64,000 bases of DNA from Candidatus Falkowbacteria bacterium. GTDB taxonomy: Bacteria > Patescibacteriota > Patescibacteriia > Patescibacteriales > UBA12465. The stretch lies in contig JAPLVZ010000012.1 in NCBI GenBank assembly GCA_026396805.1, forward strand, positions 8,127 to 72,126. Reading direction: 5' to 3'. The position numbers and the translations under genes were made by a program. The notes beneath the pieces are model-generated. The model searched no databases and was not told the DNA's origin. It saw only the letters and a list, made by a program, of their open reading frames with translations. Positions 1 to 10,176 of this stretch are shown here, one piece after another; position 1 is the first letter of the stretch, and each line of letters begins with the position of its first letter.

Positions 1-1674
1 CTCTTTGACGGAAGTTATGCCGTCCAAAACTTTTAGGATGCCATCTTGGAGCATGGTAATCATGCCGTCTTCAATGGCTTGCTGCAAAATCTTGAAAGAG
101 GGAGCTTGGTCAATGGTTAATTGTTTGATTTTATCGCTCATCGTAAAGATTTCGTAAATACCGACCCGGTCTTTATAACCGATGAAATTACATTTAGCGC
201 AACCCGGTCCGGCTTGATAGATTGTCGGCAGGGTGGCTGGAACGCTGACACCGGCCTTAGGCGACAAAACCGCTAGAATCTTATTAACCTGTTCGGCTTC
301 GGAATTTTCTAACTTATGTTCGACGCGACAATACGGACAGAGCTTCCTGACCAGGCGTTGGCCGATAATGACGTTGATAGACGGAGCCAGGAAATATGGT
401 TTGACCCCGATGTCTATTAAGCGCGGGATGGAACTGGCCGCGTCGTTAGTGTGCATAGTTGTTAAGACTAAGTGACCGGTCAAAGAAGCCTGGATGGCGA
501 TTTCCGCGGTTTCTAAATCGCGGATTTCTCCGACCATGACGATGTTCGGGTCTTGGCGCAGGATAGAACGCAGGCCGTCGGAAAAAGTATAGCCGCGCTT
601 CTCATCGACTTGGCTTTGGTTTATGCCTTTAAGCTGATATTCAATCGGATCTTCCAGCGTAATTATCTTGGTGCCCGGCTGGTTTAACTTATTCAAAGCG
701 GCGTATAAAGTCGTGGTTTTGCCGCTGCCGGTCGGGCCGACGGTTATTATCAATCCGTTCGGTTTGGCGATTTCTTTCATTAGTAAAGGTCTGATTTCCG
801 ATCTGATTCCCAAACTTTCAAATTCCAAGGCAGTCGCGGTCGAGTCTAAAAGACGCATCACCACACTTTCTCCGTACGCGGTCGGGAGGAATGAACAGCG
901 GACATCTATCTTCTTATTGGACAAATAAATAGTATAGCGTCCGTCTTGCGGTTTGTTTTCAATGTTTATCTTGACGCGAGCCAATATTTTCAAGCGGGCG
1001 ACTATTTTGTCCCATTTGGCTCGGCTGATAACGGCCGCTTCTTGTAAGACGCCATCGATCCTGATCCTGATGACGACGCCATTTTCTTCGGCTTCAATAT
1101 GGATATCGCTGCCGCCGACTTTTATCGCCGTCGCCAGCATCAGAGTGACGATATCGGTGATGTTTACTTCGTTTATTTTTTCATTCAAGCTTTTATAGCT
1201 GCTGATATCTTTTTTGAATTTTTCCAAATTCTCTTCGGTTATTTCAACGCCGCTTTCGTATTTTTTTATCTTCGGCAGGGATTTATAAGCGTCAAGTCCG
1301 ATCGCGAAACTGGTCAGAGAGATCAAATATAATCTAGTGTCGGCGAAATATTGGTCGCCGAGACGAGCTAATTCGTCTTTTACTTCAGTCGTCGGGCTGA
1401 CACAGCCGAGGCGGATATTTTTTCCGTCATAATAGAAACAGATGGCGCCGATTTCTTTGGCTCTCTCTTCTTGAATCAGCGACAAGGCTTCGGGACTGAT
1501 CGGGAAACCGGTCAGGCTGACATAATCAAAACCAAGTTGAGCGGCCGCCCGCTTAGTTTCTTTTTCAATTTCTTTTTCTTTTATTTCCCCCTGTTTTTTA
1601 GCAAAACGACCGGCGGCGCTTTCTTCGTCATCGGTCGGATTGATCAGATTTTCAATAGAATCGAGATCACTCAT
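1..1674 (-). CDS. PilB/GspE-family type IV pilus / type II secretion ATPase; 3' end runs off the window
   Basis: Read manually on the minus strand from ATG at 1674 (MSDLDSIENLINPTDDEES...). Contains Walker A VGPTGSGKTTT, ITLEDPIEY, LRQDPNIVMVGEIRD, GHLVLTTMHTN and ends LDGITSVKE at base 1. Absent from the ORF track because no stop lies in the window. Confidence 0.93.
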   Translation of the reverse strand, partial: MSDLDSIENLINPTDDEESAAGRFAKKQGEIKEKEIEKETKRAAAQLGFDYVSLTGFPISPEALSLIQEERAKEIGAICFYYDGKNIRLGCVSPTTEVKDELARLGDQYFADTRLYLISLTSFAIGLDAYKSLPKIKKYESGVEITEENLEKFKKDISSYKSLNEKINEVNITDIVTLMLATAIKVGGSDIHIEAEENGVVIRIRIDGVLQEAAVISRAKWDKIVARLKILARVKINIENKPQDGRYTIYLSNKKIDVRCSFLPTAYGESVVMRLLDSTATALEFESLGIRSEIRPLLMKEIAKPNGLIITVGPTGSGKTTTLYAALNKLNQPGTKIITLEDPIEYQLKGINQSQVDEKRGYTFSDGLRSILRQDPNIVMVGEIRDLETAEIAIQASLTGHLVLTTMHTNDAASSIPRLIDIGVKPYFLAPSINVIIGQRLVRKLCPYCRVEHKLENSEAEQVNKILAVLSPKAGVSVPATLPTIYQAGPGCAKCNFIGYKDRVGIYEIFTMSDKIKQLTIDQAPSFKILQQAIEDGMITMLQDGILKVLDGITSVKE

Positions 1675-1690
1675 AGATTTGAGGAGCCAA

Positions 1691-2686
1691 TTATTTTTTT
1701 GCGTTTATCCGGTAGCGTCCGAAGAGGCGTTCCAATTTCGCTAAGCCGCCTTCTTCTTTTAATTGCCAGAACAGGCCGGTCCAAGAAGCGGTCTGGAAAG
1801 TCGTTAAGGCGGATCCGAAGGTGACAACCACCACTATCGCCAAGAAGAGGATTAATATCACCAGCCAGAAAAGATTAAGCATCAAACCCAGTAAGCCAAG
1901 CGGCAATAAGAATAGAGCCAGGAAAATCAGAACTAGGCCGCTGAAGAGAAAGTTAAGCAGGAATAGAATAATGGCCATTTCTAGACTGACGAGCCAATTG
2001 TCGCGGAACAGTTTCGCGCCCGCCTCTAAAGAAGCGATGAAAGATTTATTGGTTATGACTTTATAGGCGATAGCGTATTTGATTAGGAGCGATAAGCTCA
2101 TGGCCAGTGGAATAAAAATAACAAAAATGATGACGTAAACGACGAATAAGACCGAGGCGTTGCTTATCGTCATGAAAAGAAGAGGCAGACCGACGATGAA
2201 AACAACAAAATAAATCAAGATTTTTATGGAGACATTTAAGCCCAGCACCGGCCAAAAATGGCGGCAGCCTTCACTAAGGCTATCGCGGATGCTTAAATTT
2301 TCCGGTTTTTTCTTGGCGGTTAAGATCTTTTTCACGCTGCCGACTAAGGCCGCTTGAGAAGTGATGGCCAGCCAAATAAAGGAAATTAATAAAATCGCGG
2401 TGATAAGTAATATGGATAAGGTGTTCAGAATCATCCAGAAGTCCTGTTGGAACAGATTGGCCAGTCCCAGACAGAAATTTTTCAAGATATCGCCGATAGC
2501 CAAGATATTTCCTAAATGGAGATATGAACCCTCAATCGGATTGCGGCCGAGATTCTGGGTTATCACTTGGTATTCCCAAGAGCCGCCGCCAGCCACTAAA
2601 GAGGCGAATAATCCTAAAAACCACAAATATTTGTGTTTCCAAGTGACTACCCAAGCTTGTTTCAAAATGTTTCTGTGTGAAAACAT
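1691..2686 (-). CDS. Multi-pass membrane protein of unknown function
   Basis: 331-aa ORF with about 6-7 hydrophobic segments; co-oriented upstream of the pilus ATPase. Confidence 0.75.
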   Translation of the reverse strand: MFSHRNILKQAWVVTWKHKYLWFLGLFASLVAGGGSWEYQVITQNLGRNPIEGSYLHLGNILAIGDILKNFCLGLANLFQQDFWMILNTLSILLITAILLISFIWLAITSQAALVGSVKKILTAKKKPENLSIRDSLSEGCRHFWPVLGLNVSIKILIYFVVFIVGLPLLFMTISNASVLFVVYVIIFVIFIPLAMSLSLLIKYAIAYKVITNKSFIASLEAGAKLFRDNWLVSLEMAIILFLLNFLFSGLVLIFLALFLLPLGLLGLMLNLFWLVILILFLAIVVVVTFGSALTTFQTASWTGLFWQLKEEGGLAKLERLFGRYRINAKK

Positions 2687-2701
2687 AAGATTAAAAATTA
2701 A

Positions 2702-2730
2702 TTGAAAAATTCGAAAAAGTCTGATATTAT
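2702..2730 (+). promoter_or_regulatory. sigma70-like promoter upstream of tyrS
   Basis: TTGAAA-17 bp-TATTAT with a TGn extension. Confidence 0.5.
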
Positions 2731-2773
2731 TATAACATAATTTTTTAATTATGCCAAAAGTTAATATCTATAT

Positions 2774-4030
2774 ATGTCTAGAGTTATAATCGATAAAAAG
2801 CTGGTGACGGAGCTATTGACCCGGGGGGTAGAAAAAATTTATCCGAGTTACGCCAATTTGGAGAAGAAACTTTTAAGCGGTGAGAGAATCCGGCTTTATT
2901 GCGGTTATGATCCGACCGCTTCGTCTTTACATATCGGTAACGCCATTTCTATCAATAAACTGGGACAATTCCAGGCCTTGGGGCACGAGGTAATCTTCTT
3001 AGTCGGTGACTTTACCGGACTTATCGGCGATCCGACCGACAAGAAAGCGACGCGCCGGAAAATGACACGCGAAGAGATTTTGGCTAACGCCGCTCATTAT
3101 CAGGAACAAGCTTCGGCTTATTTGAAATTTGACGGCGATAATCCGGCCAAAATAATGTATAACAGCGCTTGGAACGATAAATTGACTTTCCGCGAGCTGA
3201 TAGAATTATCCTCTAATTTTACCGTCCAACAGATGATTCAGCGCGATATGTTTCAGGAAAGATTAAAAGAAGAGAAACCGATTTATCTGCATGAGTTCTT
3301 ATATCCGTTAACCCAGGCTTACGACAGCGTGGTGCTCAACGTGGATCTGGAAATCGGCGGCAACGATCAGATGTTTAATATGATGTGCGGCCGGGATTTG
3401 TTGAGGGCGCTCAAGAATAAAGAAAAATCAGTCTTGACCATGAAGCTTCTCGCCGATGGGAGCGGGAAAAAGATGGGTAAGAGCGAAGGGAATGTGGTTT
3501 TTTTAAATGTTGCGGCTAATGATATGTACGGCCAGATAATGTCTTGGCCGGACGGGATTATTATTTCCGCCCTGGAATTATGTACCAATATTCCGATGAC
3601 TGAAGTCAAAAAGATTGAGAGCGAATTGAAAAATGGAAAAGCTAATCCGCGCGATTTTAAGATGAAACTCGCTTGGGAAATCACGAAAATTAATCGCGGC
3701 CAGGCGGCGGCGGAAAAGGCTCAAGAAAATTTCGTGAGTACTATCCAGAAAAAAGAGATACCGGAGGAAATCGAAGTTTATAAGGTTACAAAAAAACAAA
3801 ATACTCTAGTTGATTTATTGGTGGAGACGAAACTTGTTAAAAGTAAGACCGAAGCGCGCCAGAAAATCGAAGAAGGGGCGATTAAGATCAAACCGGAAAA
3901 GAACGGGCGAGCCAATACCGGCGAGATGATGGTCGTAAAAGACGTGAAGAAAGAAATAAACTTTAACGGCGATATGACTTCGATTATTATCCAGAAGGGA
4001 AAGTTTAATTTTGTTCGGGTGATTTTATAG
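2774..4030 (+). CDS. tyrS: Tyrosine--tRNA ligase
   Basis: LYCGYDPTASSLHIGN (HIGH motif), GGNDQ, KMGKS, C-terminal S4-like domain. Confidence 0.97.
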   Translation: MSRVIIDKKLVTELLTRGVEKIYPSYANLEKKLLSGERIRLYCGYDPTASSLHIGNAISINKLGQFQALGHEVIFLVGDFTGLIGDPTDKKATRRKMTREEILANAAHYQEQASAYLKFDGDNPAKIMYNSAWNDKLTFRELIELSSNFTVQQMIQRDMFQERLKEEKPIYLHEFLYPLTQAYDSVVLNVDLEIGGNDQMFNMMCGRDLLRALKNKEKSVLTMKLLADGSGKKMGKSEGNVVFLNVAANDMYGQIMSWPDGIIISALELCTNIPMTEVKKIESELKNGKANPRDFKMKLAWEITKINRGQAAAEKAQENFVSTIQKKEIPEEIEVYKVTKKQNTLVDLLVETKLVKSKTEARQKIEEGAIKIKPEKNGRANTGEMMVVKDVKKEINFNGDMTSIIIQKGKFNFVRVIL

Positions 4031-4080
4031 ATGTATTAGGCTTAGAGGTGACGACCTTATAAGATATGTATGTATAAGAT

Positions 4081-5772
4081 ATGTATATATTAGAAGACTT
4101 AAAATCAAAGATTGCCTCCGCCTTAAAACTGGAAAGGGTGAATTTTTCTTATCCGCCGAATCCGGCCCTGGGGGATTTAAGTCTTATTTGTTTTGAAGCG
4201 GCTAAAGCGGCGGGGAAAAATCCGGCGGAATTCGCATTAAATCTGGCGACGGAGTTAAAAGCCGATAAAGAACTCCAAAAATATTTTTCCGACATCAAGG
4301 CGACCGGCCCCTATCTTAACTTTTTTATTTCCCTTGGATATCTGGCTGATTCGGTCGTCAAACAGGTGAAAAAAGAGCGGGTCGCGTATGGATTTAATAA
4401 GAGCGGCGCCGGCCAGTCGGTTATGATTGAATATTCCAACGGCAATACGCACAAGGAATATCATATCGGACATCTGCGTAATATCTCTTACGGCGACGCG
4501 ATAAATCATTTATTGCGAGCCAATGGTTATGAGTCCATTCCAGTTTCTTATATTAATGATTTCGGTATCCACGTCGCTAAGACTATTTGGAATTGGCGGA
4601 AGAATCCGAATTACGCGGATCGGCCGGAAAATAAAGGTTATCTCTTGGGCAAATGTTATGCCGCGGCCAGTCGCGAATTAACCGCTAATCCGGAGTATAA
4701 GGAAGAAGTGGGAAAAATTATGACGGAAATCGAAAACCGGAGCGGCGCTAATCATAAATTTTGGCGAGAAACTAGGGGTTGGAGCATTGATTATTTTGCC
4801 TCCATATATAAGGAGTTGGATATTAAATTTCAACATATTTTTTACGAGAGCGAAGTGATTGACGCCGGCTTAAAATTAGTTAAAGAGCTGTTGGTTAAGG
4901 GAGTTTTAAAAAAGAGCGAAGGGGCGATTATCGCCGATTTGGAAAAATACGGCCTCGGCGTTTTGCCGATTATCCGTTCCGACGGAACTGCGCTTTATCC
5001 GGCCGCCGATTTAAGCTTAGCTTCGGAAAAATTTAAAAAATATGACCTATCCCGTTCTATTTACGTCGTTGACGTGCGACAGAGCTTATATTTTGAACAG
5101 CTGTTTAAGATTCTTGAACTTATCGGCTATCAACAGCCGTTAGTCCACCTGACTTATGACTTCGTGACGCTTCCGAGCGGGATGATGTCTTCACGCACCG
5201 GCAATGTCATCACTTATCAGGAATTGCGCGATAAGCTTTTTGCCAGGCTATCAGAGGAGACCGGTTCCCGCCATAAGAATTGGGCTGCCGGCCGGATTAA
5301 GGAAGTGGCTCTGGCTTTGACGATCGCGACGATTAAGTTTGAGATGCTCAAAGTCAGCGCCGATAAGATAATCACTTTTAATATTGACGAGGCGGCGCGC
5401 TTTGACGGTTATACGGCTTGTTATTTAGAGTACGGTTATGCTAGATTAAAAAGTATCGTCCGTAAAAAAGGCTTCAGTTTCGGCGCCGCCGATTTAAATC
5501 GGCTGACAGAGCCGAAAGAAAAAGAATTACTAATCAGAATGGCTAAATATCCGGAAGTGATAGCGTCGGCTGGAGAGAAATATAATCCGAGCGAAGTCAC
5601 AAGATATTTATTTGAGCTGGTTCAGCTCTTCAACGACTATTACCATGAGATTAATATTCTGAAAGCGAAACCGAAGATTAGAAAAGCTCGCTTGGCTTTA
5701 ATTAAAACGCTGGCCCAGGTCTTGCACAACGGTTTTGATATTTTGGGTCTGAAAGCGCTGGAAGAGATGTAA
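4081..5772 (+). CDS. argS: Arginine--tRNA ligase
   Basis: GPYLNF, EYSNGNTHKEYHIGHLRN, MSSRTGN, DALR-type C-terminus (YGYARLKSI). Confidence 0.96.
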   Translation: MYILEDLKSKIASALKLERVNFSYPPNPALGDLSLICFEAAKAAGKNPAEFALNLATELKADKELQKYFSDIKATGPYLNFFISLGYLADSVVKQVKKERVAYGFNKSGAGQSVMIEYSNGNTHKEYHIGHLRNISYGDAINHLLRANGYESIPVSYINDFGIHVAKTIWNWRKNPNYADRPENKGYLLGKCYAAASRELTANPEYKEEVGKIMTEIENRSGANHKFWRETRGWSIDYFASIYKELDIKFQHIFYESEVIDAGLKLVKELLVKGVLKKSEGAIIADLEKYGLGVLPIIRSDGTALYPAADLSLASEKFKKYDLSRSIYVVDVRQSLYFEQLFKILELIGYQQPLVHLTYDFVTLPSGMMSSRTGNVITYQELRDKLFARLSEETGSRHKNWAAGRIKEVALALTIATIKFEMLKVSADKIITFNIDEAARFDGYTACYLEYGYARLKSIVRKKGFSFGAADLNRLTEPKEKELLIRMAKYPEVIASAGEKYNPSEVTRYLFELVQLFNDYYHEINILKAKPKIRKARLALIKTLAQVLHNGFDILGLKALEEM

Positions 5773-5828
5773 AGAAAAGCGTCTCCGATAAGATAACGCT
5801 TTAGATAATAAATAGAAGCCAGAAATAT

Positions 5829-7217
5829 ATGAAGAAAAAAGAGACTGACAATTCTTTAGATAAAATTATCTCCCTGTGCAAGCGACGGGGTTTTGTTTTT
5901 CCGTCCTCGGAAATTTACGACGGTTTCGCGGCGGTTTATGACTTCGGGCCTTACGGCGTGGAACTGGCGAATAATATCAAGAAAGAATGGTGGAAAGCGA
6001 TGACGCAATTGCGCGACGATATTGTCGGTCTGGATGCGGCGATTTTTATGAGTCCGAAAGTCTGGGAAGCATCCGGGCATGTTAAAGGTTTTTCCGACCC
6101 CTTAACTGAATGCCGGAAATGCCATGCGCGTTCAAGATTGGACGCCTTGCTGGAAGAAGCGGGAGTCTTCGCCGATGAAAAAATGACCGAAGAAGAAATT
6201 AATCATATTTTTGACAAAAATAAAGAAAAAATTAAATGTCCGGCCTGCGGGGCAAGTGATTTTACGCCCGGTCGCAAGTTTAATTTACTCGTCCAATCTA
6301 ATTTGGGGAATTTTACCGGCGATTGGATCAAAGAACCGACTTATTTGCGCGGTGAAACCTGCCAGGGAATTTATGTTAACTATAAAAATGTTCTTGATTC
6401 GGCGCGCGTGAGGATTCCTTTTGGAATCGCCCAGATTGGCAAGGCTTTCCGCAATGAAATTACGGCGCGCCAATTTATTTTCCGGACGCGCGAATTTGAA
6501 CAGATGGAAATGCAATATTTTATTAAACCGGGAGACGATAAAAAATACTATGACGAATGGAAAGAAGCGCGCTGGCAGTTTTATCTGGGGCTGGGAATCA
6601 ATCCTGATAATCTAAAGTGGCATAAGCATGAAAATTTAGTTTTCTACGCGAAAGAGGCCTATGACATTGAATATCGCTACCCGTTTGGATTTAGGGAGTT
6701 GGAAGGAGTACATGCCCGCGGCGATTATGATTTAACGCAGCACAGTAAATATTCCGGTCAAGATTTGAATTATTTGGATCCGGCGACGAATGAGAAATTT
6801 ACGCCGCATATCGTCGAAACTTCCGCCGGTGTCGGTCGAACTTTCTTGGCGGTGCTATGCGAGGGCTATAAAGAAGAGGAGTTAGAGGGAGAGACCAGAG
6901 TAGTTTTAAAGCTTTTACCGAAGCTCGCGCCGATTAAGATCGCGGTTTTCCCTCTGTTAAAGAATAAATCCGAACTCGTGAGCAAGGCGCGAGAAATATT
7001 TGATAAATTAAAGCTGACCTGGCGCTGTGAGTTTGATGATAACGGTAATATCGGCAAGCGCTATCGTCGCCAAGACGAGATCGGCACCCCTTATTGCTTG
7101 ACGATTGATTTTGACACTTTAACTAATTCGGAAGTGACGGTGCGCAATCGTGATACTATGCAACAAGAGAGAATTAAGATAATTGATTTGGAAAATTTTT
7201 TCCGGGAGCGATTATAA
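5829..7217 (+). CDS. glyS: Glycine--tRNA ligase, alpha2 type
   Basis: KRRGFVF, YLRGETCQG, GKAFRNEI, FRTREFEQME, IGKRYRRQDEIGTP anticodon domain. Confidence 0.96.
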   Translation: MKKKETDNSLDKIISLCKRRGFVFPSSEIYDGFAAVYDFGPYGVELANNIKKEWWKAMTQLRDDIVGLDAAIFMSPKVWEASGHVKGFSDPLTECRKCHARSRLDALLEEAGVFADEKMTEEEINHIFDKNKEKIKCPACGASDFTPGRKFNLLVQSNLGNFTGDWIKEPTYLRGETCQGIYVNYKNVLDSARVRIPFGIAQIGKAFRNEITARQFIFRTREFEQMEMQYFIKPGDDKKYYDEWKEARWQFYLGLGINPDNLKWHKHENLVFYAKEAYDIEYRYPFGFRELEGVHARGDYDLTQHSKYSGQDLNYLDPATNEKFTPHIVETSAGVGRTFLAVLCEGYKEEELEGETRVVLKLLPKLAPIKIAVFPLLKNKSELVSKAREIFDKLKLTWRCEFDDNGNIGKRYRRQDEIGTPYCLTIDFDTLTNSEVTVRNRDTMQQERIKIIDLENFFRERL

Positions 7218-7256
7218 GGGCCGAAAAAACTCTTGTGAAGAGAAAAAAATAAAAAT

Positions 7257-7290
7257 CCGTCGCTCTCGGAATCGAGCGGCGGTTTTTTTT
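7257..7290 (+). terminator. Intrinsic terminator after glyS
   Basis: CCGTCGCTC / GAGCGGCGG stem followed by T8. Confidence 0.75.
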
Positions 7291-7381
7291 GGTAGTCAGA
7301 CGAATTTTTTATAAGCTGGAGAAATTTTTGCGGGCGCGACGAAAAAATATCGCCGCTCAATCGGAAAAAACAAAAAAACTA

Positions 7382-7410
7382 TTGCTACTTATTTCAATAA
7401 GTTATATAAT
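7382..7410 (+). promoter_or_regulatory. sigma70-like promoter for the small basic protein
   Basis: TTGCTA-17 bp-TATAAT. Confidence 0.65.
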
Positions 7411-7483
7411 TAAGATAAGGGATAAAATTTTTTAAAGAATAAAATAAATAGATTCTAATTTATTTAAGAAAGGGGGTGATATT

Positions 7484-7594
7484 ATGAAAAAGAAAGCTGC
7501 AAAAAAGGCTGTCAAAAAAGTCGCCAAGAGAAAAGTCGCTAAAAGACCGGCGAAGAAGGCGGCTAAGAAAAAGACTGCCAAAAGAAAAAGATAA
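7484..7594 (+). CDS. 36-aa Lys/Ala/Arg-rich protein, histone-H1/Hc1-like in composition; not in the ORF track
   Basis: MKKKAAKKAVKKVAKRKVAKRPAKKAAKKKTAKRKR*. Strong SD (AGGGGGTGAT at 7471-7480), own promoter, and a downstream hairpin with T-run at ~7641-7680. Confidence 0.8.
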   Translation: MKKKAAKKAVKKVAKRKVAKRPAKKAAKKKTAKRKR

Positions 7595-7810
7595 TTTTTA
7601 AAATTTATTTTATTGATAAATTTTATTGATTTGAAAATTATACAGAAACCGGCCTGCGGAATCAGGGTGGTTTTTGTATTAGGGGAATATTATAGGTAAA
7701 GGGCTATTGATATAAAGCTCGAAAAAGACTATTGAAAAAGCCGTCAATTGTTGATGACGGCTTTTACGAGTTTTACGAGCGATTTTTTCGGATTTTTGTT
7801 TGTTTTGTGG

Positions 7811-8392
7811 TTAGAGTTTTTTAAACTCAATAAATTTTTGAGACCCAGGGATAGGAATCTGGCCGGCGTCTGTGCCAATCTTCATCCCGAAAGTAGCGCG
7901 GCAAGTACTTTTTGGTCGGATGTTCTCGTAGTTAAGTACTAATGTTTTCTTTCTACTCATTAAATCGTTTTTGATTTGGATTGTGACATCTGCTACGACT
8001 GTTTCGCCCAAAAACTGAGCATTAGTTGAGTAAAAATTTCTGTAGAGCTGAATCCCATTTTCTAATGTTAGCGTTCGGCGATAATGTGCCGGGACTGCAA
8101 TCAGTTGTATTCCATCAGATAAAGTTTTTCCGTTTGGAATTAAACAGAAATGCTCAGGGCACAAAAGCAGACATTTGTCTGATACTGGTGGAAATTTCAC
8201 CAGTACATTAGGTGCTTGATCAACGTGCGCAAAGGTTGCGTCTACATACAACGGCGCCTCAAGTTCATCAATAAGTTTCCTTAATTCTGGCTTTGTGATA
8301 CTGGAAAGTCTTTTTCCAATATTTTCTTTTATCCAGCTAGACAGGTCGGATTGAGATCCTGTTTCTAACACTTCTGAAAATTTTTTTGTCAT
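7811..8392 (-). CDS. Hypothetical protein
   Basis: 193-aa ORF with a GGAGG SD upstream of the ATG; no family recognised. Confidence 0.6.
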   Translation of the reverse strand: MTKKFSEVLETGSQSDLSSWIKENIGKRLSSITKPELRKLIDELEAPLYVDATFAHVDQAPNVLVKFPPVSDKCLLLCPEHFCLIPNGKTLSDGIQLIAVPAHYRRTLTLENGIQLYRNFYSTNAQFLGETVVADVTIQIKNDLMSRKKTLVLNYENIRPKSTCRATFGMKIGTDAGQIPIPGSQKFIEFKKL

Positions 8393-8557
8393 GATAAATC
8401 CTCCAGTTTTTATTTTTTGGTTATTATTTAATTTTTAAAGAATCTAATCATTATATAACATTTATAAGTTTTTGTCAAGGCTTTAACTTTTCTTCATATC
8501 TGATCTTTTATAATGAAAGGATGGCGTTTATATATAGGAGGTGATAATAAGCAAAAT

Positions 8558-9400
8558 ATGAAGAAAAATAGACAAAAATTGTTTAATATTATTAGAAAAA
8601 CAGCTCTAGCTCTAGCGGCGCTTTTTGGACTTATTTTACTTATTTTTGCGATTTTTGGGCGACCAAATCACGAATTGGAGCTTATTTTCTTGGACGTCGG
8701 TCAGGGAGACTCCACCCTTATTAAAACTCCCGACGGTAAAACAATCCTAATAGACGGCGGACCGGACAATAAAGTCTTACGAGGATTAGGTAAAAATTTA
8801 CCTTTTTATAAGCGGAGGATAAATTTTATAATTCTTAGCCATTATCATGATGACCATATCACCGGCTTAATAGAAGTTATCAAGCGTTATCGAGTCGGGA
8901 CTCTTATTTATCAGAGTAAGACTCCGGATTCTTTATTAATGGCCGATCTTTTAAAAATCGCTTCTCAATATAATGTCGAGCTTAAGCCCTTAGCCGGTCA
9001 AGCGGATTTATCCTTTGGAATAGGCTGCGACCTAAACCTTTTAAACCCAGATATTTTGGGAATAAAAAAAGACCCAAATAATTCTTTAGTTTCCCGGTTA
9101 GATTGTGGCGGCCAAAAATTTCTACTAGCCGGCGATAACCCGGCGGCGGCGGAGAAGGCGCTTCTTGCGTCCGGCTGGCCCCTGGAAGCTGATGTTTTTA
9201 AAGCCTCGCATCATGGCTCAAACACTTCTAACGGCGCGGAATTTTTGGAAAAAATCAATCCGCGCTTAATAGTTATATCCGTCGGAGCGGATAATCGCTT
9301 CGGTCATCCCGGCAGTTTTTTTCTAGAAAGAGCAACGGCTCTCAATATTCCAATCAAAAGAACGGATATTGAGGGCGACGTTAAAATTTTTGCTAAATAA
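8558..9400 (+). CDS. ComEC/Rec2-type metallo-beta-lactamase domain protein (stand-alone)
   Basis: FLDVGQGDS, LIDGG, SHYHDDHITG, ASHHGS, ISVGADNRFGHP; N-terminal TM. ATG 8558 follows AGGAGGTGAT. Confidence 0.88.
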   Translation: MKKNRQKLFNIIRKTALALAALFGLILLIFAIFGRPNHELELIFLDVGQGDSTLIKTPDGKTILIDGGPDNKVLRGLGKNLPFYKRRINFIILSHYHDDHITGLIEVIKRYRVGTLIYQSKTPDSLLMADLLKIASQYNVELKPLAGQADLSFGIGCDLNLLNPDILGIKKDPNNSLVSRLDCGGQKFLLAGDNPAAAEKALLASGWPLEADVFKASHHGSNTSNGAEFLEKINPRLIVISVGADNRFGHPGSFFLERATALNIPIKRTDIEGDVKIFAK

Positions 9401-9436
9401 TGCTTAATAATAACCAAAAAAGTCAAGGAAATTCGG

Positions 9437-9465
9437 TTGACCGAGAGGCTTTGGTTTGTTATAAT
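9437..9465 (+). promoter_or_regulatory. sigma70-like promoter
   Basis: TTGACC-17 bp-TATAAT. The TTG start used by the ORF track is this -35 box. Confidence 0.65.
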
Positions 9466-9505
9466 AAAAATAAGGTTTCATAGCCTATTTTTATTGATTA
9501 CTTAT

Positions 9506-10159
9506 ATGATTATTACCTGGCAAGGACATTCCTGTTTCAAGCTTCAAGATAAGATCGGGCCCGAAGGTGCAACCGTCGTGACTGATCCGTTTAATAAAGA
9601 AGTGGGCCTAAAGGTTCCTAATTTTGAAGCGGATATCGTGACGGTTTCGCATCAACATCACGACCATAATAATGTCAGTGCCTTACGCGGCGCCCCTTTT
9701 ATTATTGATTGCGCCGGTGAATATGATTTTAAAGGCGTGCTGATTGAAGGGATTGATTCTTATCATGACGAAAAAGAAGGCGCCGAACGCGGCGGTAATA
9801 TTATTTATCGCATAGAAATCGATGATATTTCCGTAACGCATCTCGGCGACTTAGGACATATACTTAACGACGCTCAACTGGAAAAACTGGCCGGTACCGA
9901 TATCTTATTGATTCCGGTCGGTGGCAAATATACCCTGGATGCGAAAAAAGCGGTGGAAGTAATTTCTCAGATTGAACCGCGAATTGTTATCCCGATGCAT
10001 TATAAAACCAAGGATTCTAAAAATGAACAATTAGATATTGACGGAGTAGAAAAATTCATTAAAGAAATCGGTCTAACGCCGACTTATGAAGAAAAGTTAA
10101 AAATTTCCAAAAAAGACCTGCCGCTAGAAGACATGGAACTGGTGATTTTAAGTATTTAA
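9506..10159 (+). CDS. MBL-fold Zn-dependent hydrolase
   Basis: ITWQGHSCF, TVSHQHHDHN, HLGDLG, LIPVGG, IPMHY. Confidence 0.88.
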   Translation: MIITWQGHSCFKLQDKIGPEGATVVTDPFNKEVGLKVPNFEADIVTVSHQHHDHNNVSALRGAPFIIDCAGEYDFKGVLIEGIDSYHDEKEGAERGGNIIYRIEIDDISVTHLGDLGHILNDAQLEKLAGTDILLIPVGGKYTLDAKKAVEVISQIEPRIVIPMHYKTKDSKNEQLDIDGVEKFIKEIGLTPTYEEKLKISKKDLPLEDMELVILSI

Positions 10160-10176
10160 TTCAATTAATTTTTATC

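Noticed and set aside
233..2066. Short plus-strand ORFs in the track
   Set aside because: They are antisense shadows of the minus-strand pilus ATPase and membrane protein. The same applies to most ORFs under 150 aa nested in long genes across the window.
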